Source: Lachnospiraceae bacterium
GTDB taxonomy: Bacteria; Bacillota; Clostridia; Lachnospirales; Lachnospiraceae
Length of the DNA stretch: 12,654 nucleotides
Reading direction: 5' to 3'
Assembly: GCA_016282745.1 (NCBI GenBank)
Contig: JAEELL010000052.1
Coordinates: forward strand, 1 to 12,654
Part shown: piece by piece, positions 6,131-12,654 of the stretch
How the letters are laid out: each line of letters opens with the position of its first letter
Position numbering within the stretch: the first letter of the stretch is position 1
Program-made: the position numbers and the translations under genes
Notes under the pieces: generated by a model
What the model was told of the DNA's origin: nothing
Database searches by the model: none
The model's input: the letters and a program-made list of their open reading frames with translations, nothing else

Positions 6131-8536
6131 ATGGCAATACTTAAATGTAAAATGTGCGGTGGTGAATTACACTTTGAACCTGATTCAACCATCTGTGAAT
6201 GTGAATACTGTGGTACTAAACAAACAATCCCCAAAATCGATAACGAAAAGAAAATGACGCTCTACGAGCGAGCAAACAGACTTCGCTTCAATTGTGAGTT
6301 TGATAAAGCTGCAAGCGTATACGAGAATATTATTGCTGATTTTCACGAAGAAGCAGAAGCATACTGGGGATTAGTATTGTGCAAGTACGGAATCGAATAT
6401 GTCGATGATCCTGTAACAGCAAAAAAGATTCCGACATGTCACAGATCTTCCTTTGACAGTCTGGCTGACGATGCTGACTTTGAAATGGTTATGGAATATT
6501 CTGATTCGACAAGCAGAAAAGTATATCGTGAAGAAGCAAAAACAATTGAAAATATTAGGAAAAGCATTATTGAAATTTCAGGAAAAGAATCTCCTTACGA
6601 TATTTTTATCTGTTACAAAGAGACTGATGAAAACGGTGAGAGAACTATTGATAGTGTTATGGCTCAGGATATCTATGAGCAACTGGCATCGAAAGGTTAC
6701 CGCGTATTTTTTTCCAGAATATCTTTAGAGGACAAAGTAGGAGTAGAGTATGAGCCATATATCTTTGCTGCATTGCAATCGGCCAAAATAATGCTGGCAA
6801 TTGGCACTGATTATGACTATTTTAACGCTGTCTGGGTAAAAAATGAGTGGAGCCGCTTCTTAAAATTAATGGTTCACGATAAATCTAAGTATCTGATTCC
6901 ATGTTTCAAAAATATTGATGCTTTTGATATTCCAAAAGAATTTGCACGGCTTCAGGCTCAAGACCTCGGAAAAGTTGGTGCAATTCAAGATTTACTTCGT
7001 GGAATCGACAAACTTATTAAGCCGAACTCTTCAATAACAGAAAACAATGATACCATAAAAGAGACAATCCCTATAGTTGTCCATGAAGGCAAGAATTCTG
7101 ACGCTTTACTTAAGCGTGGAAAGATGGCATTAGAAGATAAAGATTGGATAAATGCCGAAAAATACTTTGATCAAGTATTAGATATGAATGCAGAGTGTGG
7201 AGAAGCATATTGGGGATTAGCTCTGGCAACAGCACAGTGTTCTGACAATGAAGAATTTTCGAAATTATATTCAAATGGTTTAGAGGAACTCAAAAAAAAT
7301 TTTCAAATTTTCACAAAATTTGAAAATAATTATAAAAGAGCAATTCAATTTGGAGGCAAAGAATTCTCTGATCTTATTAACAGACTTGAAGATTATAAGT
7401 TAGAGCAATTAGAATATGAGAAGACAATCCGATTGGAATTAGAATATTTGAGGGAAGATAGATTAAAATACTCAATATTATGTAATCAAATTATTACATC
7501 AAAAGGAAATATAACTTTGGCGCTAAAAAGTGATGGAAAACTATTAATCAGTGGAATGGCTTCATCAAATCAATATTCTAATTTGTTAACTTGGAAAGAT
7601 ATTATTATGATTTCAACAAGCAGAAATCATACAATAGGCTTAAAATCTGATAGCACTGTCGTTTCTACCGGATTTAATGAGTACGGACAGTGTGCTGTTT
7701 CTGATTGGTCAGGTATTATTCAAATTGCTTGTGGTGATAATTTCACAATAGGATTAAAAAACAATGGAACAGTTGTTTCCACCGGCAACAATCAATATGG
7801 ACAATGTAATATTTCTAATTGGTCTGATATCATTCAAATCGCTTGTGGTGATTATTTCACATTAGGATTAAAAAAAGACGGCATGGTCGTTTCTACAGGT
7901 TCAAACAAACATGGACCATGTAATGTTTCTAATTGGTCTGGCATCATTTATATTGCTTGTGGAGCTGATTTTTCATTAGGACTAAGAAGCGATGGAACTG
8001 TTGTCTCTACAGGTTACAACGAATCTGGGCAATGCAATGTTTCTGGTTGGCATGACATTATTTCTATTGCTTGTGGACTTGATCATGCAGTTGCAATTAA
8101 AGAAGATGGCAAATTAATCGCTACCGGCTCAAATATGAAGAAACAATGTAATGTCACCGATTGGTCTGATATTGTTTTTATTGCATGTAATGATACTAAT
8201 ACTATTGGCATCAAAAAAAATGGATTATTAATATCAACATCCAATGCCCCTAAATCATATAATTTTGTTGCTTATTATCAACATAAACAAAGTCTCTTTG
8301 GAAATATCGAAAACTTTAATAATTGCAAATTATTTAATAATATTTTAACTCTTGAAGTGGAAAGAAAAAAGGCTTTTAGCGATAGATTAAAGCATTTAAG
8401 AACCGAAAAAGAAAAACTCGAAAATAAATTGACTAATTTGCATGGTATTTTTTCATTTAGTAATCGTAAAATATTAGAAGAACAATTAGATGAAGTTGAA
8501 GATGAAATAAAAGTATTGAGTAACAGTAATCTATAA
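6131..8536 (+). CDS. Large TIR-domain protein (paralog 2). Layout: zinc ribbon, TPR-like helices, TIR domain (about nt 6593-7016), a second TPR-like segment, coiled coil, a 7-bladed RCC1-type beta-propeller (about nt 7493-8246) and a C-terminal coiled coil.
   Basis: N-terminus MAILKCKMCGGELHFEPDSTICECEYCGTKQTIP matches paralog 1. TIR motifs: YDIFICYKETDENG, GYRVFFSRISLEDKVG, IFAALQSAKIMLAIGTDYDYFNAVWVKNEWSRFL. Seven ~36-40-aa repeats of the form HTIGLKSDSTVVSTGFNEYGQCAVSDWSGIIQIACGDNF / TIGLKNNGTVVSTGNNQYGQCNISNWSDIIQIACGDYF / ... (RCC1/ATS1-like blade pattern). Ends with a charged heptad-like tail ...DRLKHLRTEKEKLENKLTNL...EEQLDEVEDEIKVL. Confidence 0.85.
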   Translation: MAILKCKMCGGELHFEPDSTICECEYCGTKQTIPKIDNEKKMTLYERANRLRFNCEFDKAASVYENIIADFHEEAEAYWGLVLCKYGIEYVDDPVTAKKIPTCHRSSFDSLADDADFEMVMEYSDSTSRKVYREEAKTIENIRKSIIEISGKESPYDIFICYKETDENGERTIDSVMAQDIYEQLASKGYRVFFSRISLEDKVGVEYEPYIFAALQSAKIMLAIGTDYDYFNAVWVKNEWSRFLKLMVHDKSKYLIPCFKNIDAFDIPKEFARLQAQDLGKVGAIQDLLRGIDKLIKPNSSITENNDTIKETIPIVVHEGKNSDALLKRGKMALEDKDWINAEKYFDQVLDMNAECGEAYWGLALATAQCSDNEEFSKLYSNGLEELKKNFQIFTKFENNYKRAIQFGGKEFSDLINRLEDYKLEQLEYEKTIRLELEYLREDRLKYSILCNQIITSKGNITLALKSDGKLLISGMASSNQYSNLLTWKDIIMISTSRNHTIGLKSDSTVVSTGFNEYGQCAVSDWSGIIQIACGDNFTIGLKNNGTVVSTGNNQYGQCNISNWSDIIQIACGDYFTLGLKKDGMVVSTGSNKHGPCNVSNWSGIIYIACGADFSLGLRSDGTVVSTGYNESGQCNVSGWHDIISIACGLDHAVAIKEDGKLIATGSNMKKQCNVTDWSDIVFIACNDTNTIGIKKNGLLISTSNAPKSYNFVAYYQHKQSLFGNIENFNNCKLFNNILTLEVERKKAFSDRLKHLRTEKEKLENKLTNLHGIFSFSNRKILEEQLDEVEDEIKVLSNSNL
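7493..8246 (+). repeat. Intragenic tandem DNA repeats (period about 114-120 bp, 7 units) encoding the RCC1-like blades
   Basis: Recurrent nucleotide blocks such as tggtctgatatcattcaaatcgcttgtggtgat...acagttgtttccaccggc...caatatggacaatgtaat repeat across the 3' part of the gene. Confidence 0.6.
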
Positions 8537-8552
8537 AAAATAGGAGAATTAT

Positions 8553-9530
8553 ATGGATATAAATATTAACAGCACTAAAAAACCACAAGTTTTATTATTA
8601 GGAAATGGATTGCTACAAGCATTTGGCGATACAGTTTCGTGGTCAGATTTAGTTAAACAAATGCATATAAATAGCAATGTAGACAAAGATCTATTATTTG
8701 CTAACATTCCTTTTCCTCTAGAAATAGTAATTAGAACAAACGATAACGTAGATACACAAATAAAAGATATAACTATATCTGACAATAATACATTTGCCAA
8801 CAAATCCGTCACTCCTGAATTATATAAACGCTTAGAGAAACTGATTGACTGTGGTTTTGATCATATTCTAACAACAAATTATGGATATGAAATAGAAGCA
8901 GTTGCAATTGGCAAAAATAGCATTAACGATTATTCTTTAACAAAAGGAAAAGATCATACTGATATTGTTAAAAGAGCTGAAAATAAATTCTATCTACATA
9001 CATATTACACATTCAACAACACAAATATATGGCACATTCATGGAGAAGGCAAAAATCCTAACAGTATTATCTTAGGACATTATTATTATGGAAATTTACT
9101 TACAAAATATAAAAAATATCTTGATTCTGTTGGATACAAATATGAATATCGTCAGCAACACAAACAACCACAAATAATAAATAGTTGGATTGACGCTTTC
9201 ATTTTAGGCGACATATATATTTTAGGCTTAAGTATGGATTTTTCAGAGTTAGATTTATGGTGGCTAATCAACAGAAAAAAGAGAGAAAAAGCAAATACAG
9301 GAAATATTTATTTCTTTGAACCAAATGATTGCAACACCTTTAATACAAAAATCGAATTATTAAAATGTTACAATGTCACAGTTGAGAATTGTAATATTTC
9401 ATTGATAAGAAATGATGATAATACAGAAAAGCCCGAATTGAATGTTAAGGAAAAAAATAATGAATTGTATAGACTGTTTTATGACGCGGCAATAGATAAT
9501 ATAATAAATAGGCAAAAAAATTATTTATGA
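8553..9530 (+). CDS. SIR2-like (SIR2_2 / ThsA-type) domain protein. It is a stand-alone SIR2 domain of about 325 aa with no SLOG or Macro domain.
   Basis: SD AGGAG at 8541-8545 is 7 nt before the ATG. Motif order matches ThsA/DSR-type SIR2: QVLLLGNGLLQAFGDTVSWSDLVKQM (Rossmann G-x-G loop, GNG variant), DHILTTNYGYEIE (TTNY(D) catalytic-Asn motif), NIWHIHGE (His motif), DIYILGLSMDFSELDLWWLI (GxSxxD motif), with ThsA-like spacing. Confidence 0.75.
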   Translation: MDININSTKKPQVLLLGNGLLQAFGDTVSWSDLVKQMHINSNVDKDLLFANIPFPLEIVIRTNDNVDTQIKDITISDNNTFANKSVTPELYKRLEKLIDCGFDHILTTNYGYEIEAVAIGKNSINDYSLTKGKDHTDIVKRAENKFYLHTYYTFNNTNIWHIHGEGKNPNSIILGHYYYGNLLTKYKKYLDSVGYKYEYRQQHKQPQIINSWIDAFILGDIYILGLSMDFSELDLWWLINRKKREKANTGNIYFFEPNDCNTFNTKIELLKCYNVTVENCNISLIRNDDNTEKPELNVKEKNNELYRLFYDAAIDNIINRQKNYL

Positions 9531-9560
9531 TTTTTTCTGTGGTTAGAATACAGCATTGTG

Positions 9561-9587
9561 CAAGTACAGAATCCTGTACGTTTTTTA
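9561..9587 (+). terminator. Probable rho-independent terminator after the SIR2-like gene
   Basis: Stem GTACAG (9564-9569) / CTGTAC (9574-9579), loop AATC, then TTTTTT (9581-9586). The stem is short and AT-rich, so only moderate confidence. Confidence 0.45.
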
Positions 9588-9663
9588 GCAAATAAAGTAC
9601 ATTTTTTCAAAATTCTAGTTTTTACTTTTCGATATGGAAATAGTAGAATAAAGTACATTTTTC

Positions 9664-9766
9664 TGAAAAAAAAGTAAAAAATAATGGACTTTTTGAAAAC
9701 ACACTTCAAATGCCCGAAAATACTGATAAAGTACATTTTTTCAAAAGTGTACTTTATTTTTTTATC
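9664..9766. repeat. Right copy of the ~100-bp direct repeat (partner at 1291-1392). Additional AAAGTACATTTTT half-sites lie just upstream at 9593 and 9650.
   Basis: tgaaaaaaaagtaaaaaataatggactttttgaaaacacacttcaaatgcccgaaaatactgataaagtacattttttcaaaagtgtactttattttttta. The same TTCAAA(9705-9710)-16nt-TAAAGT(9727-9732) and palindrome AAAGTACA(9728-9735)-N12-TGTACTTT(9748-9755) as the left copy. Confidence 0.85.
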
Positions 9767-9858
9767 ATCATAATTACTATAAATAATAAAGTCTATTTTC
9801 ATTATCCCAATACGCTGAAAAACATTTCAAAATAAAGTCAATTATCTTTATAATATAA

Positions 9859-9888
9859 TTGCAGACTGTTTTAGAAAAATGGTATAAT
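9859..9888 (+). promoter_or_regulatory. Strong sigma-A promoter with extended -10 (TTGCAG - 18 nt - TGgTATAAT)
   Basis: TTGCAG at 9859-9864. TG at 9880-9881. Perfect TATAAT at 9883-9888. A second TATAAT at 9854-9859. Confidence 0.5.
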
Positions 9889-10036
9889 AAAACCAATAAT
9901 AGCATGCACGGATATAAAAAAACTAAATAACAATTTTTATCTATTTTAGATATATTGTCTAAATAATCCAGTTAATTACATAGACCCAAATGAAAAAATA
10001 GCAATTGCACTTCCTTTATTTACACTGGAAGTTGTT

Positions 10037-10197
10037 GTGGTTTGTTTACTCTTGGCGTTGGCAGTTGTAGTATCAATTGCAATATTGTCAGATCCTGATG
10101 TTCAATATTCCATAAGAAATGTTATTAGAACAGTTGGTGCCAAGATAAAGGGAAAAATAGGAGATTTTATTATAGAAGTAGGTCGAGCGCTTACATA
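10037..10197 (+). CDS. Possible small hydrophobic/amphipathic peptide (about 53 aa, GTG start). Speculative.
   Basis: Frame opens after TAA at 9959-9961. GGAAG (10026-10030) is 6 nt before GTG 10037. Translation VVCLLLALAVVVSIAILSDPDVQYSIRNVIRTVGAKIKGKIGDFIIEVGRALT*, i.e. one TM-like helix plus a cationic amphipathic tail. Lies about 150 nt downstream of the strong promoter. There is no ATG start and it is below the ORF-track length cut-off. Confidence 0.2.
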
Positions 10198-10261
10198 AGC
10201 ACAGGCAAAAAAGAAAAATAATACGTATGAAAGACATCACATAGTAGCGCGAAATGAGCCT

Positions 10262-10489
10262 TTGGCAAAGAAATCTGAAAGGTTGATTAACCGTGTCGGT
10301 ATTTTTGTCAATGATTCTATTAATTTAGTGTATATTAAATATAATTTGCATAAACATATTCATACAAATTTATATCATGATATAGTATATGAATTGCTGT
10401 TATTAGGAAAGAATTCATATAAAAAGACATATGAAATATTGGGGTATATGAAAAATGTATTAAGAGCAGCTAGTGATGCAACACCATAG
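10262..10489 (+). CDS. Hypothetical small protein (75 aa, TTG start in track). Weakly supported.
   Basis: ORF with non-ATG start and no clear SD. Its stop (10487-10489) overlaps the AGGAGG of the next gene, so coupling is possible. No recognisable domain. Confidence 0.3.
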   Translation: MAKKSERLINRVGIFVNDSINLVYIKYNLHKHIHTNLYHDIVYELLLLGKNSYKKTYEILGYMKNVLRAASDATP

Positions 10490-10499
10490 GAGGATAAAA

Positions 10500-11084
10500 A
10501 TGGAATGTTTTAAATACTTATATAATCAATTTGTAGAAGCGATCAATTCTTGGAATGTAGATAAGATACGTGCAGTTTCTGTAATGGTATATTCAAACGA
10601 ATGTTACGTTTACAGAGGAGTTAAAAATTTTTTTGAGGTTTCTATCGGATATATTCCGTGTTTTGGTGATTCTGATGTATTAGACACTGATGCACTTATA
10701 GATCGAGAAGAAGTAAGTGTAGTGGTTGATCCTTATGAAAAAGAAGATATTGGAGCCGCAAAAGTTTGGGATTGGTTACACAGTATTAAAGTTGAAAATA
10801 TTGGATTTGAAGATGAAACTCAGATGTATGATGATGATTTAAATTATATAGGAAAAGGACCAAATGGATATTTTGAATTGTTGATGCTTGTTTCAGATGT
10901 AATGCGTGAGATACAGTCTAATGGAATTGTCAGTCAGAGATTTGATAAAACACCAGTGATTGTCCATGAGTTAAATTCTGCTTGGTATATAGAAGGTGCT
11001 ACTAGAAATGCAAATCCTAATGGAGAAGCGGACGAGTTTTTGGATTATCTAACAAATTTCTTTCAATATTGTAAAGAATTATAA
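10500..11084 (+). CDS. Hypothetical acidic cytoplasmic protein (about 194 aa)
   Basis: Perfect AGGAGG (10488-10493) is 6 nt before ATG 10500. The track ORF begins at 10473 in the same frame, but 10500 has the SD. Rich in D/E (…DSDVLDTDALIDREEVSVVVDPYEKEDIG…DETQMYDDDLNY…). No family recognised. Confidence 0.7.
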   Translation: MECFKYLYNQFVEAINSWNVDKIRAVSVMVYSNECYVYRGVKNFFEVSIGYIPCFGDSDVLDTDALIDREEVSVVVDPYEKEDIGAAKVWDWLHSIKVENIGFEDETQMYDDDLNYIGKGPNGYFELLMLVSDVMREIQSNGIVSQRFDKTPVIVHELNSAWYIEGATRNANPNGEADEFLDYLTNFFQYCKEL

Positions 11085-11184
11085 GCTTCTAGTGTATATT
11101 TGGAATTTTTAATACTATTCCTCTTTAAACATTAATATTTCCTATAATTATCTGATTAAAAAACTAATAATTCAAAAAATAAGT

Positions 11185-11222
11185 GAGTTGTAAAGTAAAT
11201 TTGGGAATTATCAATTTAGAGA
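11185..11222 (+). promoter_or_regulatory. 38-bp module AGTTGTAAAGTAAATTTGGGAATTATCAATTTAGAGAG, copy 1. Promoter-like -35/-10 plus SD, immediately before an ORF start.
   Basis: Identical 38-mer also at 12295-12332. Contains TTGTAA ... TATCAAT and ends in AGAGAG 2-6 nt before ATG 11226/11229. Confidence 0.5.
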
Positions 11223-11225
11223 GTA

Positions 11226-11504
11226 ATGATGAAGAGGAGGTCTGGAGAATTCTTTCTGCCGATTGTAATGAACAGCATTAGGTGTATCAAAAAATCACCG
11301 CAGTCCTATTCTTTAAATACAATTTGGTTACCATCAATACACACCGTATTTGGTACTGAATGGGATAATAAATTGACAGTTTATAATTATTATGGAGATA
11401 AAAGTATTCCTGAAATTTTTGATGATTACTATGATTTAGTAGATATCGATGAATTCCAAATTTATTATATGGGATTTATAATTAATCCAATAATATTGAA
11501 TTAA
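11226..11504 (+). CDS. Hypothetical small protein (about 92 aa). The start may be ATG 11229.
   Basis: ORF directly after the 38-bp module. Acidic C-terminal half (…IPEIFDDYYDLVDIDEFQIYY…). No recognisable domain. Confidence 0.5.
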   Translation: MMKRRSGEFFLPIVMNSIRCIKKSPQSYSLNTIWLPSIHTVFGTEWDNKLTVYNYYGDKSIPEIFDDYYDLVDIDEFQIYYMGFIINPIILN

Positions 11505-11524
11505 GTTTTTACTAGGAGGTTAAT

Positions 11525-12295
11525 ATGCAAAAATCAAAAGACATTTTTAAAATTATTTTTATTATACTAGCGTCCACTATTTTCGTTCTGATAGTCGGGT
11601 TGATTATTCTCATATTCATTTCTAAAAATGAGTACAAAAATACTTCCAAAGCATTAGAAGAAAATTATTATATTTATGAAGACAGTAATACCAATACTTG
11701 TATAGTGAAATGTAAAAATTTAATGTATGAGATTAATGGACATATGTATAAGCGGAAAGCACCGTATGTATATTTTATTGTCGACAACGAAATTTCTGAA
11801 AACCAACTATCAATTTTACATAACCATAACCACGGAAACTATTATATTTCCCCCCACAATGAGGATGAGAAAGATATTGCGGTTTCGGTATATGCGAGAC
11901 CAAATATCAATCAATTAACATTAGCACTGCGCAACAAAAAAACATCTTGGCCAATGAAAGAGAAATCGATAACTCTTAACAAAGCCAATGAATTTGTTGT
12001 TGAAATGCTGCTAAAAAACAAAATTAAATTCAAATATAATGATACTTCTTTAATATTTTTCTCTGAAAATGAATACAAAGTAGATTTGAAAGATGGAGCC
12101 AATGTAAATACTTATGACGTCATCGTAAAAGAACAAGAGGATGCTGCTCAAATATTAATTAAAGATCATGAAGCTGATATTTTAACCGGACAAATATATT
12201 TAAGCGGTTATGATTTCATTCTTGAAGCTGGCAAAAATAGTTTGGGAATTCCAAAAGGTGAAAAGTTGAAGTTTGACACTTTAGATTACGAATAG
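11525..12295 (+). CDS. Hypothetical membrane-anchored protein (N-terminal TM helix, then about 220 aa non-cytoplasmic domain)
   Basis: AGGAGG (11514-11519) is 5 nt before ATG 11525. N-terminus KIIFIILASTIFVLIVGLIILIFI is hydrophobic. The rest is a polar domain with no recognisable family. Confidence 0.7.
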   Translation: MQKSKDIFKIIFIILASTIFVLIVGLIILIFISKNEYKNTSKALEENYYIYEDSNTNTCIVKCKNLMYEINGHMYKRKAPYVYFIVDNEISENQLSILHNHNHGNYYISPHNEDEKDIAVSVYARPNINQLTLALRNKKTSWPMKEKSITLNKANEFVVEMLLKNKIKFKYNDTSLIFFSENEYKVDLKDGANVNTYDVIVKEQEDAAQILIKDHEADILTGQIYLSGYDFILEAGKNSLGIPKGEKLKFDTLDYE

Positions 12296-12332
12296 TTGTA
12301 AAGTAAATTTGGGAATTATCAATTTAGAGAGG
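12295..12332 (+). promoter_or_regulatory. 38-bp module, copy 2 (identical to 11185-11222). It begins at the stop codon of the preceding gene and ends 5 nt before ATG 12338.
   Basis: Exact 38/38 identity with copy 1. AGAGAGG serves as the SD for ATG 12338. Confidence 0.5.
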
Positions 12333-12337
12333 TCAGT

Positions 12338-12654
12338 ATGTACATAATAATACATAGACATGGAGAGGAAGAAAAATTTATTGGTACGTTTCAAGACAAA
12401 GACTTTGTAAATGAAGTCATTGAACGTTATAAACAATTTGAGGGATTCAATAAATATAAGGATGGATTTATTGTTCTTGAGCCACCTTATCGAGGTAAAG
12501 ACATTCTTCAAAAAAGAGAGGTTGTTTATATAGTTGTATCTTACGAGTGGGATTATTCCATTTGGGATGATGGAGACGAAGTAGATGTTAGGTATCATAT
12601 TATATTTGACAATGAAAAAAGTGCACAAAAATATCTTGATTCAATGAAAAAAGA
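12338..12654 (+). CDS. Hypothetical protein, 3'-partial (open to the window end, more than 105 aa)
   Basis: ATG 12338 with SD AGAGAGG. Open frame to 12654: MYIIIHRHGEEEKFIGTFQDKDFVNEVIERYKQFEGFNKYKDGFIVLEPPYRGKDILQKREVVYIVVSYEWDYSIWDDGDEVDVRYHIIFDNEKSAQKYLDSMKK.... Balanced, charged composition, unlike the overlapping minus-strand ORF 12281-12628, which is low-complexity F/I/L/K/N. Confidence 0.65.
   Translation, partial: MYIIIHRHGEEEKFIGTFQDKDFVNEVIERYKQFEGFNKYKDGFIVLEPPYRGKDILQKREVVYIVVSYEWDYSIWDDGDEVDVRYHIIFDNEKSAQKYLDSMKK

Noticed and set aside
1291-9766. Considered the direct repeats as ends of an IS element or transposon, or as CRISPR repeats
   Set aside because: They are direct rather than inverted. 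There are only two copies about 8.3 kb apart, and no transposase, integrase or cas genes in the window. Insertion-scar or regulatory-duplication explanations fit better.
10473-10499. Upstream ATG (10473) proposed by the ORF track for the acidic protein
   Set aside because: A perfect AGGAGG sits at 10488-10493, inside that extension and 6 nt before the in-frame ATG at 10500, which is therefore the likely true start. By the same logic, 1604 is probably not the true start of the first TIR gene. ATG 1610 has correct SD spacing.

Overview
AT-rich (roughly 30% GC), Firmicutes-like accessory DNA. Every supportable gene is on the + strand; all minus-strand ORFs in the track look like AT-rich artefacts. 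Overall layout: (1) nt 1-1049, the 3' two-thirds of a Type I restriction-modification specificity gene (hsdS), split by a frameshift in its central conserved region and followed by a clean hairpin terminator. (2) About 1.3-9.8 kb, an ~8.3 kb block bracketed by two ~100-bp direct repeats (93% identical). It encodes two large paralogous proteins with an N-terminal CxxC..CxxC zinc ribbon, TPR-like helices, a TIR domain and coiled coil. One ends in a transmembrane anchor and is followed by a one-blade RCC1 remnant. The other carries a 7-bladed RCC1-type beta-propeller. Between them sit an SPFH/Band-7 (YdjI-like) protein with two C-terminal zinc ribbons and a 4-TM membrane protein. The block ends with a minimal SIR2-like (ThsA-type SIR2_2) protein. 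I read this as a candidate undescribed Thoeris-like TIR+SIR2 defence locus of unusual architecture, sitting next to an R-M system. (3) About 9.8-12.65 kb, a strong extended -10 promoter, a possible small hydrophobic peptide, and a string of small hypothetical proteins. Two of these gene units are preceded by an identical 38-bp promoter/RBS module. No rRNA, tRNA, CRISPR array, transposase or integrase is recognisable.
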